From the NCBI RefSeq assembly GCF_009914755.1, contig NC_060929.1: 64,000 nucleotides of DNA, one strand, 5' to 3'. Positions 28,256-48,680 of the stretch are shown in pieces. Position numbers and translations under genes: made by a program. This stretch comes from the human T2T-CHM13v2.0 reference genome, Homo sapiens. Below the pieces are notes generated by a model. It worked only from the letters and a program-made list of their open reading frames with translations, ran no database searches and was not told the DNA's origin. Position 1 is the first letter of the stretch; every line of letters starts with the position of its first letter.

Positions 28256-29270
28256 TCTATGGTTTTTGGCTTATAATTTTTATACCCTTTGTTATATATA
28301 GTCTTGTTAAAACGTTGGGGCACTTTAGGCCTTAGAAATAGGCCTTAGAAATTAGATTTTTTTTAACCTAGTTTTGTTTATTTATTTATTTAAGGCAGGG
28401 TTGTTTATTTTTATTTTTATTTTTATTTCTTTTTTTTTTTGGTCTTTTTGTCTTAGATCTGTTCATAATAAATTTTTTTTGACTTACTTTGTCTTATTAT
28501 AGGTCATAAGACCACCATTTTAAAGGGGATTCTGTATTATGTCTTGGAGGAAGAAATGTTATATAGAGAGACCCAAAAATTTTAAATAAATGGGCTTTCT
28601 TGGGTTTTTTTACTCCATTAGTATTAGATTATGTATTTTTTTGTTTAATTATATATAGTTGTGAATTATGTCCATCTAATTAAAAGTCACTATAAAATGT
28701 CCAGGGAGGACAGGATTTGGGGAACTTTTGGATAGCTAAATATGAAGAGACTTATAGGAAGGAAACAAAAATTTATTTGTTGAGGAAGATGGTGCACTCC
28801 ATCTCTGTGTGGACAAAAGCTCTTGTGTTTAGGACCTTTTTAGACTTTGTCTTATATTTTTTTTATCTATTTTTAAAAATATTTTTGTAATAAACTGATA
28901 AATGTGTTTTTTTGAGTTTTGTGAGCTACTCACACACACACAAATAATCAGACATAAAGAGGAAGTTGTAAAAATTTCAATTTGTTAAATTTTTTGGAGG
29001 CCCTAACTGGTGACTAGTGTCTAAACTTAGGACTTGTGACTAGTGTCTAAAATTTTGGAGACCTTAACTTGTGACTAGTGGGGGTAGGGGTGGGGGCAGT
29101 CTTGGGGACTGAACTCTCAACCTGTGAGACCTGATGCTGTCTCCAGGTGGATAATGTCAAAATTAAATTAGAGGACACCCAGCTGGCATCCACTGCTTGG
29201 TGTGTGGGGAAGAAAAACCCTCACATATTGAGTCACAGAAGGCTTCTTCTGTGTTAGTTACTGTTATGTA
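28197..29270 (+). mobile_element. MER21A-like LTR (5' LTR), heavily C-to-T mutated
   Basis: Starts TGTAA; aligns with the second copy at 32990-33520; MER21-type 3' part (gaggacacccagctgg...gtcacagaag); AATAAA at 28889. Confidence 0.75.
28202..28252. repeat. (TG)n microsatellite, about 25 units
   Basis: pure TG run. Confidence 0.98.
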
Positions 29271-29290
29271 ACATAAAAAATACAAAAAAT

Positions 29291-29898
<608 letters not shown>

Positions 29899-30147
29899 AA
29901 AAAAACACTTGTGTTTCTTAAAACACAGTACCTCAAAAGAACAACTTTGTTTCCTTCTTTACCTGATAGAATGGTCCTAAGACCAGGGCTACAACTACAA
30001 ATGCTAAAAAGAGATAATTCCTAAACAGAAAACTGCAACTATATATTTAACCCTTTTATCAAAATTCCTAAGAGCCATATAGGATGAATTGTACCTTCAT
30101 CCCATCTGACAAAATAGACCGAAAACCAATACAACTATTTGCCTAAT

Positions 30148-31218
30148 TATCAGGGAACCTGCCCCAATATTTACATAGGTTCTTTTCTATTTTCCTTAAG
30201 CGTTGGCCAGCTTGAGAAATAAAGGGACAGAGTACAAAAGAGAGAAATTTTAAAGCCGGGCGTCCAGGGGAGACATCACATGTCGGTAGGTTCCGTGATG
30301 CCCCACAAGCCACAAAAACCAGCAAGTTTTTATTAGGGAGTTTCAAAAAGGGAGGGAGTGTGTGAATAGGTGTGGGTCACAGACATCAAGTACTTTACAA
30401 GGTAATAGAATATCACAAGGCAAGTGGAGGCAGGGCGAGATCACAGGACCGCAGGACCAGGGCGAAATTAAAATTGCTAATGAAGTTTCGGGCACCACTG
30501 TCATTGATAACATCTTATCAGGAGACAGGGTTTTGAGATCAACCGGTCTGACCAAAATTTATTAGGCAGGAATTTCCTCTACCTAATAAGCATGGGAGCG
30601 CTATGGGAGACTGGGGTCTATTTCACCCCGGCAGTCTCGAACATAAGAGACAGGTACGCCCCAGGGGGGACAGTTCAGAGACCTACTCCTAGGTGTGCAT
30701 TCTCTTTCTCAGGGATGTTCCATGCTGAGAAAAGGAATTCATCGATATTTCTCCCATTTGCTTTTGAAAGAAGAGAAATATGGCTCTGTTCTGCCCGGCT
30801 CACTGGCGGTCAGAGTTTAAGGTTATCTCTCTTATTCCCTGAACAATTGCTCTTATCCTGTTCTTTTTTCAAGGTGCCCACATTTCATGTTGCTCAAACA
30901 CACATGTTGTACAATTTGTGCAGTTAATGCAACTATTACAGGGTCCTGAGGCGATATACATCCTCCTCAGCTGACAGGATTAAGAGATTAAAGTAAAGAC
31001 AGGCATAGGAAATCACAAGGGTATTGATTGGGGAAGTGATAAGTGTCCATGAAATCTTTACAATTTATGTTTAGAGATTGCAGTAAAGACAGGCATAAGA
31101 AATTACAAAAGTATTAATTTGGGGAACTAATAAATGTCCATGAAATCTTCACAATCTACGTTCTTCTGCCACAGCTTCAGCTGGTCCCTCCGTTTGGGGT
31201 CCCTGTCTTCCCGCAACA
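30148..31218 (-). mobile_element. MER11 (probably MER11C) LTR = 3' LTR of HERV-K(HML-8)/HERVK11
   Basis: Minus strand starts TGTTGCGGGAAG.CAGGGACCCCAAACGGAGGGACC and ends GGTTCCCTGATA; 1071 bp; preceded by polypurine tract AAGAAAGGGAGAGA. Confidence 0.9.
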
Positions 31219-31918
31219 TCTCTCCCTTTCTTGTTATATAAATGTGCCATGGCGATGAAGCCTTGTTCGTTCTCTCGATTTTGACACAGGATTCCTTGAC
31301 TGGTCTGGCACACTAAAAACAAGCCGATTAAACAGAGAAACATAGTTCCAAAATTTACTATAGTGGAGCCCCCAGTAGACTTAATCCAAGTCGTGGAGTT
31401 TAATCCATAAAGATTTTCTGCCACCTGATCTAACGCCTCAGCTCTAGGCACAATGGATAAGTGAGCTTGAGGGGCTTCAAAAATTTGTTGCTTTAATTTA
31501 GTTATGTCCAATGATAAATTATCTTCCCTACCTAGAAGATGTCCTTTGACCATTTCCCATGAATGATCAGTCATATAGGAATATGGGGTGATGCAGAAAT
31601 CCAAAGTATTCCAATCGCACTGCATTTGCATGCGACGTTCAAGACTCATTACCCGATCTCCAAGCCAAATAACAGACTGTCTTAAATCATTGATTTGCCA
31701 ATTTTTGATCGATGCCTTGTTGAGAATTCCACATTTGGGTGGAATTGGCTTACCAATCATTAACAAAATGAGCCGTTTGAATGGATTGGTGTAATGCCAT
31801 TCCAGCAGTGGTGGCCATTGCAGTGACTGTAATGAGGCCCATGATAACAGCGATTAAAGTGAAAACAAATCTCTTAGATCTTTTTAGAATTTGCTGTAGC
31901 ACTTCATTAATGAAATGG
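31219..31918 (-). pseudogene. env: HERV-K(HML-8) env fragment (SU/TM junction and TM), defective
   Basis: Reads ILKRSKR|[12 protein letters not shown] (furin site, fusion peptide), then DLRQSVIWLGDR..QCDWN..FCITP; TAA at 31750-31752 and a frameshift near 31700. Confidence 0.9.
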
Positions 31919-31990
31919 CACTAGTTCTATACCTGTATAACCTTATCACATCTAAATAGAATACAATGTGGAGGACATAGTGCTAGGCTA

Positions 31991-32655
<665 letters not shown>

Positions 32656-32989
32656 GGCTATGGATTTTAAAAACGGAATTACACATTTTAAAAATCCAAT
32701 ATTAGTTAATACCTCTAAAGAAGCTCAAAACAGTTATATCCTAGTTCAATTATACCAAATGCCTAAAAATATGAAACTATATATTTGCCAAGATGACTCC
32801 TACTTTTAAAACCAGGCAAGATCAAATAAAAGCCTGCAAACCTGCATGGCCTCACCCTAAGAGATATATTCATATCATTTAATGGTAGACTGATCTAATT
32901 AATGACTAAATACAAGTCTAATAATATGCCAATATCTTTGAAATTATATATCCTGTTAATATGAGTTCCATATTAACAAAAAACCAGGG

Positions 32990-33520
32990 TGTGGCCTGTG
33001 ATTTATTGGTTGGTTTTTGTCCATGGTTCCTGGTTTATAACTCCCATAGCCTTTGTTAGTCTTTTGTTATAATGTTGGGTCAGAAGCAGGTCCCAGAAGA
33101 TAGATTCTCTCTCTGACCTTCTGCTGCCTTCCTTTCACCTGCTGCTTTTTCTCCCCAAGGCAGGAATCATCTCCAGCTTTTCTGTTTTAGAGACTGACCT
33201 AAAAAAATTCTCTGACCTACCTTGTCTGATTTTAGGTCACAAGGCACTCATTTGAAAAGAGATCCTGAGTCATACCTTGGAGGAAGAAATGCTATACGGA
33301 AAGGTGCAAAAAAAAAAAAAATCATAATGGGCAGATCTTGCTGGGTTTTCCCACTCAGTCTATTAGTAATAGATTGTAACCAACCACATTTCTTTGCAGT
33401 TGTCAGTCATGTCTATCCAATAAAGCCTCCATAAAAGGCACAAGAGGACAGGGTTTGGGGAGCTTTTGGATAGATGAACACATAGAGACTTACAGGAAGG
33501 TGGAAGGTAAACAAAAACCG
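32990..33520 (+). mobile_element. MER21A-like LTR (3' LTR), 3'-truncated
   Basis: Homologous to 28250-28770; similarity stops about 100 nt before the exon at 33623. Confidence 0.75.
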
Positions 33521-33622
33521 CAACTACACTTGCACCAACCTAATAGAAAAAATCCTATGTCTTGGGTATAATTTAAATAAGATGTATAACCTTTTAATTT
33601 TGTACATGTGTTCTATTTACAG

Positions 33623-33795
33623 AGGTAAAGAATTCAGAAGAACAGTATAATAAAATAGTAATTCCCAATGAAGAAAGTGTGGTTATCTATTATAAGATTA
33701 GACAGCAGCTTGCCAAATTGGGTAAAGAAATTGAAGAATATATTCACAAACCAAAATACTGCTTACCTTTTCTACAACCAGGTCGTTTGGTAAAG
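33623..33795 (+). CDS. MTREX: MTREX exon (KVKNSEEQYNK...FLQPGRLVK), arch stalk/KOW start, phase 1-0, 173 nt
   Basis: tacag|AG, AAG|gtatgt; overlaps ORF 33679..33906. Confidence 0.96.
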
Positions 33796-34435
33796 GTATG
33801 TCATTGTTTCTTCATAAAATACTTGAATAATTCAATATTTAAACATATTTTTGTTAAAGATTCTAATTTATTTTTTATTCTGATAAAATGCTTCCTGCTA
33901 CAATAGTTGATCTATATTAATCATATTATTTTACCTGTTTCACATGGCACTAACTTAGGGGCTTATGCAAAGGCCTTTTAATCACCACTGGTTTTTGTTT
34001 TGGGGACTATAAATTGAAGTAGATAGTTTTGGAATTAACATATAAAATATTTCTAGTTATGAAATGCTAACTATAACTGTTCATATAACTATTCATATAA
34101 CTATATGAAAAATAAGGCAATTTTAAGTTCTGGATGAATTCATTAGATATAAATGATTTATATCCTTGGAACATTCTGTCATTTTCAGCATTCATTTGCC
34201 AACTGAGAGATTCCTGTTATTGCTGTCCTAGGGGCAATTTCTAAAATGAAATTTGGCATTGATTTTTTTCCTGCAGGGTTGATATCTTGTTTCTTAAATT
34301 TAGCAGTGCTCTTTCAAAGATATTTTATCAGAAAATTCAGAAAGCTTTATTAGTCTAGAATGTAGGTGTGAAAGGCTGAAATTGCCTTGTAGATATACAT
34401 TTGATTCTTGCTTACTTGCTTTTCTTTCTTTTTAG

Positions 34436-34504
34436 GTAAAGAATGAAGGAGATGACTTTGGCTGGGGAGTAGTGGTGAATTTCTCAAAAAAGTCAAATGT
34501 TAAG
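34436..34504 (+). CDS. MTREX: MTREX exon (VKNEGDDFGWGVVVNFSKKSNVK), KOW domain, 69 nt
   Basis: long pyrimidine tract then tttag|GTA, AAG|gtaaac; FGWGVVVNF motif. Confidence 0.96.
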
Positions 34505-34638
34505 GTAAACTATTATCTTTAAATTAGAATTGTATATCAATTTTTAGTGAAATGTTTTTTAAGGCTTATGAAATCGGTCTAAGAAGAAATAATATTACCT
34601 GAAGAGAAGCAGTAATAAATTCTGCCATGAGGAATTAA

Positions 34639-34827
<189 letters not shown>

Positions 34828-34881
34828 TGAGAAAACTATTAAATGGTGGTGGTGCTTTCCTTCCACTCCCCAAATCTCCCT

Positions 34882-34882
<1 letters not shown>

Positions 34883-34920
<38 letters not shown>
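34883..34920. repeat. (CA)n microsatellite
   Basis: pure CA run. Confidence 0.97.
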
Positions 34921-34922
<2 letters not shown>

Positions 34923-35208
34923 AGAGAGACACATGCATTGTTTTCATGTAGCTGTGATCTTCCTTGCAGGAGATGAGGTTAACTGGACAGAGTAGTCTTT
35001 ATTTAAGCCTCTCTGACAGCTATTAAATTCTCTTTTTATGTGGAGTTGGAAGTGTGACATTGAGTGCTAAATACAGTGGTTTCATGGACATTTACGTAAC
35101 CCAAGATGGAAAAGCTAGCATGCCTTTGCCAGTTTACTCATTCCATAACTTGTTTGTAAGAGAATTTTGCTAAGGCAGAATATTTTTACCTATACTGAAG
35201 TGCTGTAG

Positions 35209-35548
<340 letters not shown>

Positions 35549-35559
35549 TGTTTCTTTTT

Positions 35560-41050
<5,491 letters not shown>

Positions 41051-43282
41051 TGGTAGTCAGTCAAAGGTTCAGGAGAGAAAAATTATAGCTAACATAGTTA
41101 CAAGTACGCATACACACACAAAAGACATATTTTTAAAAAATTACTTGCCTCTTTTGATCCTAAATTCATTTCTGTGACTGCCTAACTATAAAGGTAGAAT
41201 CAGTTGATGAGAGTTCTTTTAGGCAAAGATAGAATGAGGACTAGAGAGGAACACATTCATTTTTTTCTGTTTCTATTGATGGTGAAACTAATTTTTCCAT
41301 TGCACTACCTGAATTTGTTCACTAAAAATGTGAAGTACATTTTTATTAATTTTGGGATCTAGGTCAGAATACAAATCCAAAGATTTTTGTGGCCAATAGA
41401 GCTTGCCAGAGGCAGAGGGAGTATCCAAACCGACGAAGAAAACTGTTAGAAGCATTTTAAATAAATAAAAATGTAATTGTAATTGTCAATGTTATTTTAA
41501 ATTGCTTGTTTCTTTGCATTCTACAAGCTCGGGATTACCAAATTATGTTTTAATTAGGTAATTTCAGTTTATAGCAAGAAATTAGCCACACTTTAAAAGG
41601 AATAAAGAGAAGCTAGGAAAAAGAAGTTCAGTTATACTGTTAGGAAGTAAAAATTAGGACTTAAAAACAAAAATCTAAATTAAGATAATAGAACACTTAA
41701 CTAGTTTTTTTATCTGAAAGTGGACATTGATCCATCTTTACAGAGTGCAAAACTAGAGTAAGTTAGCTGAGAAAAAATTTATAATCTTAGGAAATACTTT
41801 TAACAGCAAAATTTTCATTTAATGTTACAATTTAGAAGGCTTCCTATTGTGTTTCCATAGTAACACTTGAGAATATTTCCATAATGCTATAAGTTGGTTT
41901 TAGTAGCTCTGCAAAAATAGATGATTATGTATGATATACTTGAGTTATAATAGTCACTTCTGTGATTGTTATATCTTACAGAGAATATTAAATTTATTAA
42001 TCTACAAAATTGGAACCAAATCCAACAACAGAGTTATCTAGAAACATTAAAGATTGCTCATACGCCTGTGGGGTTTTTTTGTCCAGATACTCACATCTTC
42101 CTAACACCTTGGAGCTAATTCATCTATCACATTGTGTTATGCATCTTATTCAGAGGGTTTTTTTCCTCCTCTGTAAAGCTAATGTGATAATCCTTGAGTC
42201 TTCTTATAATCATTGACTCCTTAGGAAGACTTGATAGTTGATCATAGCTATTTGTTTAGCTCATTGTTTGTAAAACTCATTTCATAATGACTGAACATAA
42301 TCTTTGCAGATAAAAATAATCTAATCAAACTATCTTCATTTTTGCTTTGTGTTTAAACTAAGGAATGTTTTGCAGCTTCCTTTAAAATAACCACATTTTG
42401 AACTAATGTATGATGAGAAAAAGTTTTTCTTTCGTATTGGAAAAATAGAGTGTATGCTTTCTTTGAGGAAATTTGAACTCAATGATTTAAAATAATTGTG
42501 ATTTCTTTTTTCTTCAGCATTTGGAAATATGTTTTATTCTTGTTAAACAGTTGGTAGTTTATTGCAGAAATAGATTGTAGAAATGGATTCGTTGTCATTT
42601 ATTGACAGATTTTCACTTTTTTAATAGGAACTGTCCTGGGTGGAGTCCACATAGTCAAGTCTTTGCTGTATAACTTTCCTTTTGTATATTTTATGCAAAA
42701 CAGATTATTTAAATATTTTATTTAAAAATGCGGCATTCTGTACTGAAAAAATATCTTCTGTTATTGCTTCAAAGATGCTACTCAAACATACATTATCATA
42801 GTGCAGAAGTTGTGAGATCTTAGTAGTTGTTAGATCTTCAGAATTATAGTTTTATTACAGAATATTAAAGACTAAAAGACAATAAAAATTGGAACCACAT
42901 TATAGAAATGCTAGCATAATAAGCAATAAAATAATCTATTCTCAATCTATTATGTTAGAGTGATTTGAAGATGCAAATTAATTTTCTGACACTGAAAATT
43001 TTAGTTTCTTAACATTATTAGAAACATTCTGTGACACACTTGACAGTGCTTGTACTATTAAATTAGAATTTATAAATATAAAGTTATTTCTGTGTTTTCT
43101 CATCCAATGGAACATGTTGAATCCAGAGAGACAGTTTTCATTTCATAAAATAAGTATGTATTACACAGTTTGTGTCAGTCATAATGCTAAATGCTGAGAA
43201 AATAGTTCCTATACAGATGGAACTTAAAATTTATGGGCCAGTTTCTTAAGAATGAATGAACATCTTCTGTTTTGTTTTTTAG

Positions 43283-43411
43283 CCTAACTCTGGTGAACTG
43301 GATCCTTTGTATGTAGTAGAAGTACTTCTGCGCTGTAGCAAAGAGAGCTTGAAAAATTCAGCTACAGAAGCTGCAAAACCAGCTAAACCTGATGAGAAAG
43401 GAGAGATGCAG
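43283..43411 (+). CDS. MTREX: MTREX exon (PNSGELDPLYVVEVLL...KGEMQ), KOW domain, 129 nt
   Basis: ttttag|CCT, CAG|gtttgt. Confidence 0.96.
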
Positions 43412-43794
43412 GTTTGTACATAACTTTCTGTCTTCTGATTTCAGATATTCTGTAACTTATTTGTCATCACCAAAGTTCTCCAATGTGATGGTAATGAACA
43501 TACTATCATGATTTCTAAATTAGAAGTTTTCAAGGTATTTTAAGGTATATTAGTAAAGCTATCTAACGTATCAGTAGGATAATTAATGAGATTTGTTTTT
43601 ATTTTTCTTTTATCAAATTACAACAAGATAAATCGTGACAAAGTGAAAGAAAAAGTATTCAGTCATTGAAATTTTACATGAAGCTGGATTTTGCCAGGGC
43701 CATAAAGATTTTTCATTATCCTTGCTTGTGACTGAGTGATTTTACAGTTTGAATCCATTCATGCTGTTTATTTCCCATTCCCATGGAAATAGAG

Positions 43795-44068
43795 GCAGTC
43801 CTGATTTAGGATTTTTAGACTTTACAGTAGTGCAAAAGTAATACATTAATGAGATATTTAACATTTATTACAAAATAGGGTTTGTGTTAGATGATTTTGC
43901 CCAAATGTAAGCCAGTGTAAGTGTTCTTAGCACATTTAAGGTAAACTACACCAAGTTATGTTTGGTACATTAGGTGTTCATGTATTAAATACATTTTTGA
44001 CCTAACGATATTTTCTACTTACAACTAGTTTATCAGAACATAACCCAATTTTAAGGAGGAGGCTCTGT
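43795..44068 (-). mobile_element. MER47-like Tigger DNA transposon
   Basis: tttgtgttagatgattttgcccaa...gtgttcttagcacatttaagg...ctgta. Confidence 0.7.
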
Positions 44069-45382
44069 AATGACTGAAGCATTATTTTAACAATGAAAAA
44101 TTTCTACCCAAGTTTCCTTAGTTAAAATCATTTAATTTACATGTGCTTCTAATTGAATGTAAAATATGGCGTATTGGATAGGTCTTTTACAAAATGTCAT
44201 TGTAATGATATTTGTTATTATAAGCATGGTTTGTAGAAAGTAAAATCTGCCACTGTAGTATCATAGACTGCTTCTTTGGATCAATAAATTATTATGGGTT
44301 TTGGAGTTGGCAGTATTTTTAAAAAGACAATTCACTGTAACATTTTTAAATGACGATTTAAATGTTTATTTATAATTCTGAATATTACCTAAACTTTGGT
44401 CTCCTTTTCTTAGTATTCTAATTTGTTCACCTCTAGAATTCCACCACCAAGTGAAACTTGTGTGATTTTTATTTTTTTCTAACATTTATTTTACTGATTG
44501 ACTGCCTAACTATAAATAAGGCTAAAACTCCCACAGTTAGGCATATACTCTTTGTCCCCAAAGGGCCTTTAGGAGTTGTTGCAAGTTGGAATAGCAAATA
44601 TGTGCCACACATCTCAACATTCTCCCTTTCTCATGGCAGACATTGATAGTAAGTCATAGCACTCTTACACTGAAAGCTCAGATTCTTCCAAGAAAATTAT
44701 ATAGGCAGTCATGAAACCAAGGCAAACTGAGGGCCTTTCCTCTGCTCCTGTAGCATTTTTTGTTATGTTTATTTCAGTCTACGCTGCTAAGGAAATTGGC
44801 AAGGGGTGGGGGGTTGTTAACATGAATTTTACAGATACTCTGTGACTTTAAGGGGATGCAGCTTAATAAGGAAGCATTTTGTGCTTCAAAACTGCTCAGG
44901 GTGGGTAATTAGTAAAGCTTTATAAAGGAAGTAGTGAGATTTTAACAAACTTGTAGGAACATGAGTACCTTTACAGACAAGAATTATATTCCTAGCAAGG
45001 GAAGCCATATGTACAGAGCATGAAACCCCCTCTTTAGAAAGAACTTCACATTTTTCTGTTCCTTGTGGTTAATGACAAAAGGCATGAAACAATGTACAGA
45101 GAGAGGGACTATAGGTTAAGAAACCATATTATATATATTTACATATAATTATATATGTTTTATAAATATATTGTTTGCCTTGTAGATTATCTTGAATAGA
45201 AATCCTAGACAGAGAAATAGTTATGTGGGCAGTTTATAAGGAAATATTAGCTCTCAACTTCATTGATTGTGTAGCATTATTCAGGGTAGGTTAAAAGCAG
45301 GCTTCCATTGCATAAGGTAAGTAGGATTTCCATAATCATCCTTGCCCTGTCTGACTTTGAGTGGATATGATGCCAAATTTAG

Positions 45383-45709
<327 letters not shown>

Positions 45710-46402
45710 TTGAAGACTACTTTCTGAAGTGACTTTTCCTTGTATCTATAATATTCTTGAACTTACTTTTCTAAAAAAGGCTTAGAGTGTGTGTGTGTCT
45801 GTGTGTAGAGGGCAAGAGCACTCCAGCTCTGAATTACATTGATTAACAGAGGTGAACAGTTTAGTGTGTTCTAAAGATCACTTGCAGTTTTGACACTGTT
45901 GCTTTGCCAGCTCCCATGTGTCTGACCATTTCCCCTTATCATGGCCACGTCATGATAGTTAAATGAGACTCAGCGTCAGGGAGTGAAGATAAGGGAGTTC
46001 TGTTTTGTTTTTCTAGACCAGGAACTAGGTGGAATCATTCCTCATTAGATAAAAACATCTATAAAAGGACATGGAATAGAAGATTACAGATTAGAACTGT
46101 ACACTTATAAAAATTTGAGGATTAAGATACCAGTACTTGTCATGGAATAATATTTGCTGTTTTGGCAGGTTTCAAGTTTACCTTGAAGATGTTCTATGGA
46201 AATCAGATTTTTTGAGGGGGTCAACTTTGAACGTATTTTAAATTGCTGATTTAAACCCTTTGTCTATTAAGTCAAATTTCTTGGCTTCCTCAGGATATTT
46301 TCTATTAATTACTATTTTTCTCTGTGTATAGGTCATACTTTATTAATTTCTTTACATGTCTCATAATTTTTCATTGAAAATTGGACATTTTAAATAATGT
46401 AG

Positions 46403-47357
<955 letters not shown>

Positions 47358-47359
47358 GT

Positions 47360-48680
47360 AGCAACTCTGTAAATCGGAATTTTCCTGCACCCCCAGAGTT
47401 TATTCTTGTTATTTGTTGTCACTGGTTTGTGTTGTCATTTCTGAATTATTTTAAGTCTATATTTTTTAATTGTGTGTGGCCACCAAGGTCTCTGCTTGGT
47501 TAGTTTAATGGTCAGCTCATAATTGTGCAGAGACTTCCTTAAATGCCTGCAATCATTAAGTTCTCCTGTCTGGCCAGGCATGGTGGCTCATGCCATAATC
47601 CCAGCACTTTGAGGGGCTGACGTGGGTAGATGACTTGAGGTCAGGAGTTCGAGACCAGCCTGGCCAACGTGGCCAAAACCCATCTGTACTAAAAATACAA
47701 AAATTAGCTGGCATGATGGTGTGCGCTGGTAGCTTCAGCTATTCGAGAGGCTGAGGCAGGAGACTTACTTGAACCCAGGAGGTAGAGGTTGCAGTGAGCC
47801 AAGATTGTGTCACTTCACTTCAGCCTGGGTGACAGAGAAGGGCTCTGTCTAAAAAAAAAAAAAAAAAAAAAATTCCCCAGTCTTTACTTAGAGGCTTTGT
47901 ATGCATATTGCAGCAAGCCATCAACCCTCAGCTAGGCAGTTAACAACATTACCTTAGCCGCTTCCTGGATGTACAGTTTCATGGTCAGACAGAAGTGAGA
48001 GCTTAGAGTCTTTTCAGGTCTTTCTTGACTATGCACACAGCCCTGTACATGGCCTTCTAGATTTCCAGAAATGTGTGGGAGCTTTTCTAATTCCCCATGA
48101 ATGTCTTACTCCCCAGCCTTTCCTTTTAAGCTTTCTGGTTAACCTGTTGTTTCTCCCAGCTGTCATTCACAACCTCAGGCAGCCATGGTGTTAAGCAGTT
48201 GCTTCTTACTATTTTTGACAAACACAGCCAGGAAAAAGGTTTGCACTGGTAAGCTCTCAGTCAGGTCAAATAAAAAACAGCCTTGTGAATGGAGTCTTCC
48301 GGGGAACCACCAGACTGCAATAATGACAATTCTATGGAAATAGGCCTTCAAAGAGGTTCCAGCCCTATTCTCTCCCCTCCAGTGGCTGCCATACTGGTTT
48401 TCAGTGGGATTTGCTCTTTGATTTTCAGGCTATTAGGAAGCTAAGGAGTGGGAGATGGAGTAGGATAAGTTAAATTTGCCACAAAGCTTGTTATTCTTAC
48501 CAAAAGTCAGCATTTTTCTTGAATATATGCTCCCTGGATTCCTGCAAGCCTTTGGTTAATTTCCAGAATTTTGAAGAAGTTGATTTTGACAAGTTTTCTC
48601 AGTGTTGGCATTGCTTTTATGGAGAAAAGGATTTTTGGAGGTCCTTACTCCACCATTTTCACTGACACAAATCCAGTTTT
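47360..48680 (-). mobile_element. Old L1 5' region (continues from about 46200) with + strand Alu at 47572-47872
   Basis: L1M 5'UTR/ORF1-like antisense motifs. Confidence 0.6.

Noticed and set aside
29005-29085. Short repeated units as a CRISPR-like array, or as a primer-binding site marking the LTR end
   Set aside because: Eukaryotic LTR-internal duplication without a unique-spacer structure; MER21 LTR similarity continues past it, so a PBS call is unsupported.
31149-31766. 205-aa env-like ORF as a domesticated envelope gene
   Set aside because: No signal peptide, SU or 5' LTR; the fusion peptide is separated by a stop and a frameshift; the start codon is non-ATG.
42405-42500. Possible intronic C/D-box snoRNA (ATGATGA motif)
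   Set aside because: No suitably placed CTGA D box or terminal stem.
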